Assembly: GCF_001194135.2 (NCBI RefSeq)
Contig: NC_068986.1
Span: 83,143,041 to 83,207,040 of the forward strand
DNA: 64,000 nucleotides
Direction: 5' to 3'
Source: Octopus bimaculoides
Lineage: Eukaryota
Made by a program: the position numbers and the translations under genes. Below the pieces are notes generated by a model. The model had not been told where the DNA came from and made no database searches. It saw only the letters and a list, made by a program, of their open reading frames with translations. This document shows positions 27,000-39,350 of the stretch, one piece after another; within the stretch, counting starts at the first letter, position 1, and every line of letters starts with the position of its first letter.

Positions 27000-27851
27000 A
27001 TGGCGAGAATGGTTGAGGATAGCTGTGTGACAAAGGGCCACAGCCTAGCAGTTGAGGGTACTTGTGGAAGAGGTAGACCCAGGAAGACCTGGGATGAGGT
27101 GGTGAAGCACGACCTTCAAACATTAGGCCTCACCGAGGCAATGACTAGTGGCCGAGACCTGTGGAAACATGCTGTGTGTGAGAAGACCCAGCTAGACAAG
27201 TGAGACCATAACCTGTGACCTTTACCAGGGGTGTGGCCAGCCCACTTATGCGTACCCTTCTTTCTTTGAACACAAAACCTTGCTTGCGAAGACCTGTTGA
27301 GGCAAGTGAAATCGAAATCGAAATTGAACCAAATATGATGACTGGCACTCATGCCAACCTTCCCTCATTGGACACTAAACTCAGCTTGCAAAGACCTGTT
27401 GGGGCAAGTGAGATCAAAACTGAACCAAATTTGATGGCTGGCACTCGTGGAGCGCTAACAACACCATCCGAGCGGGATCACTGCCTGAGCAGCGGTGGCA
27501 CGTAAAAAGCACCATTTGAGCACGATCGTTTCTAGCTTTGCCTTACTGACACTTGTGCCAGAAGCATGTGAACAAAACATTGGACTGACTCTTGTGCAGG
27601 TGGCACATAAAAAACACCATTTGAGCGTGGCCGTTGCCAGTACCACCAGACTGGCCCTCGTGCCAGTGGCACATAAAAAGCAGCCACTACACTCTTGGAG
27701 TGGTTGGCATTAGGAAGGGCATCCAGCTGTAGAAACATTGCCAGATAAGATTGGAGCCTGATGCAGCTGCTGGGTCTCTAGACCTCAGTCAAATCATCAA
27801 ATCGTCCATGCTAGCATGGAAAGCGGACATTAAATGATGATGATGATGATG
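27000..27851 (+). mobile_element. RTE LINE 3' fragment inserted in a SINE with about 50-bp target-site duplication
   Basis: VEGTCGRGRPRKTWDEVVKHDL, 3' UTR and (gat)n tail; flanked by aattcaacct...cctatttgtc at 26950-26999 and 27852-27902. Confidence 0.85.
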
Positions 27852-28212
27852 AATTCAACCTCAGTACTTATTTTTAAAAATCTGGTACTTAGCCTATTTG
27901 TCTCTTTTGCTAAACTGTTAAGTGACAGGGATATAAACAAACTGACACCAGTTGTCAGGGGGTAGAGTAGATACAAGCACAAAGACACGCATACATATAT
28001 ATATATAGAAATACACAAACCTCTTTCAGTTTCCATCTACCAAATCCATTACAAGGCTTTAGTTGACCTAGGGCTATAGTAGAAGAAAACTTCCCCAAAG
28101 AGCCATGCAACAGGACTGAACCCAAAAACATGTGGTTAGGAAGCAAACTTCTTACCACACAACCATACCTGTACCTATATCATTAATAATTTATTTCTTA
28201 ATTATTTCCTGA

Positions 28213-28589
28213 TACATACATACATACATACATACAAATAAACAAACAAACAAACACAAATACCCTGTTGTTGATGTTGAAATTCCACTGAAGGAGCCTT
28301 GGATTAGATCCAAGGCTCCTTCAGTGGAATTTCAACATCAACGACAAGGTATTTTTGCTTGTATGTTTGTATGTATGTATGTATGTATGTATGTATGTAT
28401 GTTTGTATGTATGTATGTATGTATGTATGTGTGTGTATGTATGTATGTATGTATGTATGTATGTATGTTTGTATGTATGTATGCATGTATGTATGTGTGT
28501 GTGTATGTATGTATGTATGTTTGTATGTATGTATGTATGTATGTTTATATGTATGTATGTATGTATGTTTGTATGAATGTATGTATGTA

Positions 28590-28622
<33 letters not shown>

Positions 28623-28742
28623 ATGTATGTGTGTGTGTGTGCGCGCATGTATGTATGTATGTATGTATGTACGTATGTATGTTAGAAACCAGTTCTTTCT
28701 CTACTGACAAGAAATCTTGAAATAAACTGAATAATGACATAC
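28213..28742. repeat. Repeat element containing an inverted partial copy of itself (hairpin, 47-bp arms, 3-nt loop)
   Basis: 28258-28304 pairs with 28308-28354 around tag; the flanking (taca)n and (tgta)n tracts extend the inversion. Confidence 0.8.
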
Positions 28743-28743
28743 A

Positions 28744-28777
<34 letters not shown>

Positions 28778-30300
28778 GAAAACGTCACACAATATCCAAT
28801 ATTGTGATGTTAATTGAAGATACTGTGTGTACCAAGGATTTGTCCCGTCTGTCAAGTCACAACAAGAACTTCAGACAGACAGTACTTTACACAGTATGCA
28901 TGCAATTCCAAATAAAGCTGATTTTTGCAACACACCAAGATTGTAGCATATTTCTAAAATGTCCAGATGTTTCTTCAGGTTGGATGGTATTGAACCCAAT
29001 ACTCTAACGACAACAGGAACAACCTTTATGCTTGATTCTCGCAGCTGTCACATCTTGACAATCTCCATTTTCAGGTCTCCATATTTGTTGACCTTTTCTC
29101 TTTCTTTCAAGATACTGCCACATTGATTATTAGGCACTCTTGCTTGTCATTCCTAAAGGCTACTTTATATGGCCTCCAGTACTTTAACATCTTGTCTGTC
29201 TGGAAGTCAAAGTCCAGAGGATCTTTGCCTTCCCATTTTCGTCCATTATTTTCCTGGTGTATGTTGACACCAAGCACCATTACCTCACATCCATACTTTT
29301 GGCACAGTAGTCAGTGAAGGTTTAGAGCTTGTCTACACATGTATTCTTTCTGTGAAAAACTTTCATAAGTACTCATGATGTGAGTCACACTTTCAATTCT
29401 CTTCTCACACATTCTGCAGAGGTTCATTCCACTTGTGTGGTATATATCCTTTTTCACTGAGTTGGTATTCAATGCCTGGTTCTGGGCAGTGATGATAAGG
29501 CTTTCTGAACCTATTTTAATGCCACCTTTGCTGATGCTTCCTGGTCTTTTAAGTAGTTAATTTCATGGTGGTACTGACCATGTAATTCCATGCGGAATAG
29601 TGTCTCTTCTCTCTCATCGGCTATTCATGATCAGAATTCATTAGCTCTCTCAACTCCATTGTTGGTAAATCCTTCCGCATAAGCAGCATACTGTAGCAGG
29701 TCTTGTTCACTGTTTACCAAATATTGTCATGCTTCTTTCACTGTCGATGCACTCATCATCATCATCATTTAACATCTATCTCCTGTATGCTAATCAAGCC
29801 ATGTTTTCATGTACAGCCTATGTATGTTTACCTTAAGGTGGAGGGCATATGCATTGTAAATGTTTCTCAGGTAGTGTGATCAAGTTAGTCAATCTTTGCT
29901 CATGTCCACTTCAGAATGGATGCACCATAATGAACTGCAACAATAGTTCGCTATGGTGTACCAACTGCTGATGACAGTCACAAGGTTCCTTGTATTGATT
30001 TTTGACTTCAAGCAAAGTCTGAGGTGCTTCAAATATGCAGCAATGTCCTTGTCTTTCATTTCTGTGTGCAAGATATTGTCCAGCTCCAGGTTTCCAAGGT
30101 ATTTATACCCACCATCATCTGGGTCTCCCAATCACTCTCCATTTGGCAGTTGTATTCCCCTGCAATCTGCTCTTTTCTCCCAATTCAAAGTGAGCACCAC
30201 ACACTTTGAGATCCCAAATTCCATTCCTATATCCTCGTTGCACATCTGTACAATCTCAACTGGCCTCTCTATTTCAGGCTCTACATTTATCAAAGTTTAG
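28778..30300 (-). mobile_element. R4/Dong-like non-LTR retrotransposon with restriction-like endonuclease, 5'-truncated and decayed
   Basis: DIGMEFGISKC, YKYLGNLELDNILHTEMKDK...KSKINTRN (RT end), zinc knuckle CRMCEKRIESVTHIMST, RLE region DFDFQTDKMLKYWRPY...IINVAV...KEREKVNKYGDLKMEI. The 3' end abuts an (ATT)n tract at 28743-28777. Confidence 0.8.
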
Positions 30301-31399
30301 CTCCATATTCCTATTTGAGCAAATATGTCCCTGTGCATATATGTACATACCTGTGTGTGTGCATGCACATGCATACGCATGTGTGTTATTACTGCAAATA
30401 CCTGTCAACATCTAGGAAAGTTTAGCCCCTCTTGCCATTTCACATCTACCATTCTCAACCACAAGTTGACAGACAGGTTTGCACTGAAGAGATGTGGTTT
30501 TCACAAGCTGGAGAGAAGGCAACCTGTGTATGAGTACTCTATATAAAATCTACACAGAGGAGACACAGATTCTGCAAAATGCAATGAAGATGATCAGTCT
30601 AGAAGAGCAGTAACACCAAATAAAATCAGAAGTGTGGAGGAGATGATTCATTTTTGACAGACAACTCCTGTTGTGTATATGGCATAAGAGACACTCAATC
30701 CGCAATGTAAAGTGGTTTGTGATAGAATGAGTATTCTGATGTAAAAACACACCAATATACCAGTCATAAATATAATAAATTAGGATTAACAACCAGCATG
30801 TTAAAAATTACAGATAGTAATTTATTTATGAATGAGGGGATAAATAGCAAATCAATTAATGGTGGAAACATCTGGTCGGATGACACACCACCACACACAT
30901 CAACTGACATTAAATGATTGCATAAGCTTTCTTCCTTTCAGAAGTAGAAAACAGATATCAATCTATCTATCCATTCACAACAAGAAACTAACCTCTTCTT
31001 GTCACAAAACACCAAGCTACCTTCCTATTACCATAAACTTACCTCTTATTGTCAAATGTAAAACTTTGGGGATGCACATTGACATGATGGAAGATAGGTC
31101 TAGAGGGGTTCTAGATATAATAGAAGTGAGTGAATATGTACTAGGTAGAAGAGCTAACACAAGGGGATTTCAGCTAGATTTATGGATAAAGAACACAGAA
31201 ACAAATTCTTGTTGTAAGTAACAGTGATAGAGAGGGTAGAATTGTACATTTGTGGCAGAGATATGGAGAGATAAAATAATTTAAGTAGTAAAAGTGTGTA
31301 ATAGAATAATTAAGTTTAGACTGGCCATGGTCAACAGGACAGCAACATTTACCTGTGCATAAACACTAACAAAACTGGTAGCTGAATGGAAGGACTATT

Positions 31400-32313
31400 T
31401 TTATGAGTCCCACTTACAGCAAATTACATTAATAATGAATCATAGAAATCTAATTATTACAGTTGGTGACTATAATACCAGGAAAGTAGACAAGATACTA
31501 TCACTACAAGAAAAGTGGAAATTCTCGATGGGCTTAGGATTAGTAGGTAGGAATTTCATACTGAGTACCCAATGTAAACTATGGATACACAAGAGGTGCA
31601 CTGGGGTCACAAATAAGCAGGTAAGTAAAGCAGGCTTCAATAATAGCAAATGCACAAAAGTACACATGAAATAAATTTCTTCAATGCACAGAAGGCTCCT
31701 GAGAAGGAGTTGATAGTTTTTGTTATCTACGTGACTTAATTAGCAGTAGAGGCAGGTGGTCTGAAATGATAGTTACCAAAATAAGAAGAGGATGGAAAAA
31801 GAATTATTAGCTCTGCTGGAAATAAAAGATTCTAGAGTTAAGTGTAGATTGCATGACTCTTGACCATAAGATGTTAACCTTGAATGTAGAGGATGTGAAA
31901 AAGCTGGAATGACAAGAAGCAAGCATGCATTCTAAGTGTAATGTTAATATGTATGAATGACAGAGCACAAAAGAGCTGAGAAAACTGGATAGAAGATCAA
32001 ATTAAGTGAGTGAGAGTGAATGCATAAATGAGCTGAGAAAACAACTGGATTTGAAGAATCTGATCTAGAGCTTATGAAAGATGTCAACTGAGTAAAGTGC
32101 TAAACACTCAAAGTGGAAGAAGAGTACCAAGGAACATAGGGGAAGAAATGATGAAGGCTGATCTTAAAGTGCTGAAACTTATGAAAGAGCTAACAAAAGA
32201 CTGCAACAAGTGGGGAAATACCATGCTGAAGAAGACTCATACAACCCTAGCAATCATTGAAAAATGGATGTTAAAATGATGATGATGGTGATGATGATGA
32301 TGATGATGATGAT
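31400..32313 (+). mobile_element. Old RTE LINE relic
   Basis: ILSTQCKLWIHKRCTG...KC zinc-finger remnant, then thumb/C-terminal remnants and a (gat)n tail. Confidence 0.6.
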
Positions 32314-33268
32314 GCTTGGGATTTTTAATATCTAGATCATGCTCTCTCTTGCCATTTATGTTTATATTAAGTCTCCTTGTCATCAAACATCTTTGTCACG
32401 ATCTACCACTATGTTTCACTTTTCATTACATCTATCACTCTGTTGCACTCCTAACACTATGCTTTCAATCTATCTTCTTCTTCTATCACTGCCTGTCTGT
32501 CTACTTCTCCCTCCCTCCTCTCTCTCTCTCTCTCTCTCTCTCTGACATTACTCCCAACTTTATCACTCATTTGAGAAATCCACGATTCACAGTCTCTTCA
32601 ATTACTTCTATCACCTTATTGTCTCTCCTATCACTTATCATTGTCTCTCCCTCCATTATGCCACTTCAGTAAATTCCAGGTTTGTTATGCAAATGTTAAA
32701 TGTGTCCAGAAAGCTAAAATATTTATGCTTAGATATCCCTTTTTTTCTCTGTTAAGGTGAAACTTAGTCCCAAACAACTCAAATGGATTAATAAATCTGA
32801 TTCTGCTAGAGTATAGAGTCCCACTTTCAATAAATTTTTTTTTTTTTTTTTTTTTTNNNNNNNNNNTAAATTTTTTTTTTTTTTTTGTTTTCTATGAATT
32901 AAGAATACCATATTTATATAAGTACACACACAGATTATAAAAGCAATGTTACAATATTAATAATCGTTTGTTTAACCTATGCTAGTATAGAAAACTAACA
33001 ATATATATACATATATTACTTATATGAGGTTGATAATGATTGTTTCTGTGTCCACTTTATGTTTGCATAAGTCAGATGGAATTTGGCAAGGCAGATTTTC
33101 TATGGCTAGACACTCTTCCTGTTGGCAACACTCACCAGTCTGTAAGCAAGGAAATATTTCTTTATGGCCAGATATGTTTTCATGGAACATTGGAAACAAA
33201 TGACATCATTTGCTATTTGTTTACAACTGCCACATGATATCAAGATAAGGAAACCCAAGCACATGCAT

Positions 33269-33310
<42 letters not shown>

Positions 33311-36300
33311 TGGGCTTCTTTCAGTTTCCATCTAGCAAATCCACTCATAAGGCTTTAAGTAGAAAACACTTGCCCAAGGTGCCATGCATATCGTTGGGAA
33401 GCAAACCTTTTAACCACACAGCCATGCCTGCATACATGTGTACACACACACACAAATACATCCCATCCTGGGGTTACCTGCACTGTATTAGGACTGAGTA
33501 TCAACATTCTTTATCCAAATATTGAGTCTAACAAAATAAAATACAAAAGAGCTACTAATAGTTTCATACTTTTAAGATACATTAAATTGCCTAATTTATA
33601 TAACATGCCATGAATCTCCAAGCAAACTTTCAGGCTCAGTTTTTACGTTAGATGTATTTAAAAACCAGGATTGTGGACTATGAAAAAACATGAAAAAAAC
33701 CAAGTAGAAAAAGAAGCACAAAGAAGGTTGATGCAAAAAGTGGAATGAGAAGAAAGAAAAGGAATTCTGAAATTTTAATTGATTTAAAATTGAATGGAGA
33801 TAAGTAGTTGGGAGTGAATTTGATCTTTGGTAGTTATTAGTTGTTCTAGGCTCTGGTTGCTGTGTCACTGTTTTCAGAGGGTACAAGTGGAAAAAGTTTT
33901 CTCAACAGAGATAAACTGCCACATAGGACAGGGATACAGTCCTGTGGATAATGTTTTAAGAGTCTACCCTAACAGCTAGTGTATATTCTCATATCCTCTT
34001 CTCTTCCAGTTCATGACCGGTGCTCCAACTTGCACAGGATTTGAGGGGTCTCACCACAGCCATGAACTTCCAACACAAAGGACCAAAGTATTAATTAACA
34101 TCATCAAATGAGTACAGTTTCTTCTTCACCTTCCCCTCAACTGAAAAATACTATAACTATGTACAAAAGAAACAAAATAAATCTGCTCAACAATTCTCCT
34201 TCTCCAAAGTAAACATCCAGAATGTCCAGTTCAGCTTGGATACTACTTAGTACTCCTTACTAACATGAAGACCATAGTCTATTTCTTGTATGCATAAATT
34301 TCCACACTGTACTCCTATCCTCACCAAATCTCTTCAATTTCTCTCTCTCTCTCTCTCTCTCACTCTCTCTGGAAATCTATCCCAACCTTTGGTGTGTTCT
34401 ATCCCATGAAAAGCAAACTCTCTGATCTAAAACAGGCATGGACAACCTTTTGTGAGAAGTGGGATGTATGGGACATGGCTCATCAGACACTACTTAAAAA
34501 AATTCTAGGTAATTTTTCAAATATGACATCAATGCTGATGGAAACAGTTGTTAACAGCTTCTTCCATCACTATGCTGAAGTTGATTGCAAATGTCAAAAA
34601 ATTCATTAAAAACCTGATAAAATATAATCAAAAATGTAGTGCTTTGTTTAAAAAATTATGAAATATAAGTTTTTAGAACTGTACATAACATTGTACACAA
34701 ACACAGGCTTTTAACAGATATATCTTATAATAATGAACAATCATAATTATTTGTACATAATATGTGTTTTTTTCCCTATCTTTAAATGTTATTTATTTAC
34801 AATAATAATATGATATCCAGACAAGGAAAGATGAACATACGCACACACATATACACACATGCAATTTCTTTCAGTTTCTATCAACAAAATCCACTCAGAA
34901 GGCTTTAGTACAAAACACTTATCTAATGTGCCACACAGTTGGACTAAACCCAAAGCCATGTGGTTGAGAAGCAAACGTCTTAATCACACAACCATGCTGC
35001 ACCTGAAAAATTATGTTACCTACAAAGGGTGCACATATTTATTGAATATATTTCATGATTGCCCATGAAATCAAATCAATTAAGATTGTTTACTGTCTTA
35101 CTATCACACTGAAGCAATTCAAAAATAAAATGTAAGACTGAAAATAGAAACAGTAAAATGTACTTGCTTTCTATCTATGTACCTCAGTCTATTCATATAT
35201 AGTACTATAAGAACGTATATTTCTTAAAATTTTGTTTCAATAATCTATTGGAATAAGTAATAACACAAATGCATTACATCCAGTCAAACAATCAATATAT
35301 CACTTAATAGATATCTGCAATGCATATATTTTAACATACCAAAATTGTTTAATATATGTATTCAATTTATATAAAAATACTGCCTGTTATTTTATTAAAT
35401 TATCTTAATATTATATTAAATGATACATATTGCATAAATTTCTTTTTAAAATTAAAATAAGATTATCTGATCTTTAAGGTCTAATATTTAAAAGAGTAAA
35501 TCAAAAACTATTTTTTGATAAATGCCTAACAAAGGTTAGAGGGGTTTAAAAAATATTCTACCATAAACATATGTTTTCTTGTGACAACACATAATCAAAA
35601 AGACTAATTAAATGTTTTAAAACAGGTTATTACAGAGTATTGATTTTCATTTATTGACACCTTTGCTATAAACATATAGTTAAGTTAGTACTACTAGAAG
35701 TAAGGCTTTTCTTATTAAAGGTAACTTCTTTTATTAAATGTAATGTCAACAACAATACAATTATTTGAAAGTTTCCAGAAGAAAAATCTATGAGTGGCAA
35801 TATATGTCTGTCCTATAACAAAAATTAACCCAGTAGATATTGCAAGATGTACTGATGCATAATACAGAATAAACAATATTCAAAAGACCAATTGGGCAAA
35901 AAATAAAAAGAGGATGATGAATAATCACCTGTTTTGAAGCATTTAGTTATTTGTTTCAGAAATTAAGGAAAGGTAAGTTGTTAAATTTTTTTACCTTTCT
36001 CATTGTTGTTGATTTTATTTTCACTTACACTAATTTTCTCAAAAGATTAGCATAAATAAAAGTTAATATGTATAATGCACAAAATGTTTTTCTGACATTT
36101 CATAACCCCAAAATAGTGATCTGATTATACATGAACATCTATTGCATACAAATAAATATGGTACATAAAAGAAGTTTTAACTTAGGAACTGTTCTACACT
36201 CTCTTAAGTTATGTGCAGATATTACACATGAAATGGGGAACTAAATGTAACAGACAGTGATGAAAAATATAATTCCCATACAATCTAAAATATTTATTAA

Positions 36301-37339
36301 AACTGATGAATCTAATACTATTAATGGTAAAGTTGATCTAGTAGTCTGCTTGTAAACAAGAGTTGGTGACTCTCCCCACCCAGTGAAGTGAACTCATACT
36401 CTGGGACTTTCCAGCTGCACAAGTTCATTTTACTCGTCTGGATACAGTCTCTGAATACAGTCATACGATATGCCTAGTTCCCCAAACCCATTTGCATCAC
36501 TGATATTAATACATTAATTAACATAATTGCCAATAGAATTTTATTGATTTGATTCATTGCTTGTCAGCAGTATGAAATCCTTATAGTGGGCAATAACAAA
36601 ATGTGAGGTTAGATTCTCTAAGTAGGTTAGTATGATATATATATATATATATATATANNNNNNNNNNNNNNNNNNNNNNNNNNNNNNNNNNNNNNNNNNN
36701 NNNNNNNNNNNNNNNNNNNNNNNNNNNNNNNNNNNNNNNNNNNNNNNNNNNNNNNNNNNNNNNNNNNNNNNNNNNNNNNNNNNNNNNNNNNNNNNNNNNN
36801 NNNNNNNNNNNNNNNNNNNNNNNNNNNNNNNNNNNNNNNNNNNNNNNNNNNNNNNNNNNNNNNNNNNNNNNNNNNNNNNNNNNNNNNNNNNNNNNNNNNN
36901 NNNNNNNNNNNNNNNNNNNNNNNNNNNNNNNNNNNNNNNNNNNNNNNNNNNNNNNNNNNNNNNNNNNNNNNNNNNNNNNNNNNNNNNNNNNNNNNNNNNN
37001 NNNNNNNNNNNNNNNNNNNNNNNNNNNNNNNNNNNNNNNNNNNNNNNNNNNNNNNNNNNNNNNNNNNNNNNNNNNNNNNNNNNNNNNNNNNNNNNNNNNN
37101 NNNNNNNNNNNNNNNNNNNNNNNNNNNNNNNNNNNNNNNNNNNNNNNNNNNNNNNNNNNNNNNNNNNNNNNNNNNNNNNNNNNNNNNNNNNNNNNNNNNN
37201 NNNNNNNNNNNNNNNNNNNNNNNNNNNNNNNNNNNNNNNNNNNNNNNNNNNNNNNNNNNNNNNNNNNNNNNNNNNNNNNNNNNNNNNNNNNNNNNNNNNN
37301 NNNNNNNNNNNNNNNNNNNNNNNNNNNNNNNNNNNNNNN

Positions 37340-38120
37340 ATGTCTTTTCACGTGCCACTGGCACAAGTGCCAGGAAGGTGACGTTGGTAACGTTCACGCT
37401 CAAATGGTGCTATTTACATGCCACTGGCATGGAAGCCAGACAGCTGGTGCTCTGGCAATGATCACGCTCAGACGGTGCTCTTAGTGCTCCACTGGTACGG
37501 GTGCCATCACGATTTCGCTTTCGCTTGCCCCAACAGGTCTTCGCAAGCTGAGTTTAGTGTTCAATGAAAGAGACGCTGGCATGCGTGCCAGTCTACAAAT
37601 TTAGTTCGATTTCGATTTCACTTGCCTCAACAGGTCTTCACAAGCAGAGTTTAGTGTCCAATGTTACGCGTAAGTGGGCTGGTTACATCCCTGGTAAAAG
37701 CCTTGGATTTTGGTCTGACTTGGCTTGTCGGGTCTTCTCACGCACAGCATATTTCCAAAGCTCTCGGTCACAAGTCATTGCCTCGGTGAGGCCTAATGTT
37801 CGGAGGTCATGCTTCACCACCTCATCCCAGGTCTTCCTGGGCCTGCCTCTTCCACGGATTCCCTCAACCGCTAGGGTGTGGAATTTTTCACACAGCTATC
37901 CTCATCCATTCTCGCCACATGTCCATGCCAGCGCAATCGTCTCTCTTGCACACCACAACTGATGCTTCTCAGGTTCAACTTTTCTCTCAAGATACTTAGA
38001 GGACTATGATAAATAGGAGGGGGCTGAGGACAGAACCTTGATGGACCCCTACCTCTACCCGAAATTCTTCACTGTACTCTTTTCCAACCTTCACCTTACT
38101 GACAGCGTCTCTGTACATGA
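37340..38120 (-). mobile_element. Internally deleted RTE LINE copy
   Basis: MYRDAVSKVKVGKEYSEEFRVE...GVHQGSVLSPLLFIIVL joined directly to the C-terminus and 3' UTR, which runs into the gap. Confidence 0.8.
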
Positions 38121-38545
38121 ATGAATGGATGGATGGATGGATGGATAGATAAATGGAAAAATTCAGTGAAATCCATGTAAGTAGAGTCCTTATATCCAGT
38201 GGTAATCTGGGTGGAGTGCTGGTATGTAGATGAAAGGTGCAGAAAGTTCAGGAAGTAGTTGAGATATGCAAGGCCAAAGAATGGGATGTTAAAGCAGAAT
38301 ACCTGCTAGTTATTCATACACCTGTCTTTGTCTTTTGTTTTCTATAAAGTTCATAAATATATATATGTGTATGTGTATATGGATGTAGTAATTCGTGTAA
38401 AAGTGTATGTGTGTGTGTGTGTGTGTGTATATATGTATTTGTATATATGTGTGCATATGTATATATACATATAAATATATATAATAATATAAATGATATA
38501 TATATGCATATATACATACATATATGTACATACTTACATCTATAC

Positions 38546-38598
<53 letters not shown>

Positions 38599-38639
38599 TA
38601 TGTGGGTACAGGATGTCACAAACATGTGCAACAAAAAAA

Positions 38640-39300
38640 TGCGAAGTACGTATACATGCAATATGAACTATTTTTTCGAACAACGAAAGACACAAATGGA
38701 AAACAAGACAAACAACACAAAAAATGACCTTTCATCAGTTGTTGGCTGTTTTTCTACTCTCATATTTCGAGCACTTAACAACAATATACGCTTTCGATAA
38801 AACACTTGCTCCCACAGAGCAAATTAAATAAAATTTGGGATTTTGCAGAGAGTTGAAATTGGTAACACAAACAGGACAATGAAAACAAACAGGAAGGGCT
38901 GCTAAGCCTAAACGAGGTTGTGAATGTGTAAATCAAGCTTGGACAGAAGACAGACAAGAACATGTCTTCCTTGATCCAGCTACAGTGGAGTAGGAGAAGA
39001 AAGAAGATGGCCGATGGTAACGTGGGAGCCACGTGAGCAAGGGAGGAAAAATGAGGGAGAGAGAGTGACAGACAGAGAACTGTGAAGGGGAGAGGAAAAA
39101 ATTGGAGATAGGATAAGTGAGAAAAAACAGGAGGGGAGAAGGGGTGGTAGAAGAAAAAATGAAAGAGTAATAGGATAGAATAATGGGAGAAGAGGAGGTA
39201 AAAGTATAAGAGAGAGAAAGGGAGAAAAACGAAAGAGTAAAAAGATAGTAGAGTGCGCATCAGAATTATTAAGATAAAACTTACTTGGAAGAGAATGTGT
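38640..39300 (-). mobile_element. Possible Penelope-like terminal repeat (decayed)
   Basis: Minus strand has an ORF end ..KFYLNNSDAHS, a low-complexity CT-rich 3' region, and HHR-like remnants (GCGT...GTGCTC-GAAAT; CTGATGAAAGG). The family call is inference. Confidence 0.35.
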
Positions 39301-39350
39301 GACATTCAATCATATAATAATATAAATAATATATATATATATATATATAT

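Noticed and set aside
34433-34452. hAT-like TIR caggcatggacaacctttt
   Set aside because: No partner TIR, TSD or transposase similarity found.
36403-36412. Perfect NF-kB site GGGACTTTCC
   Set aside because: A single 10-mer with no promoter context; cannot be distinguished from chance.
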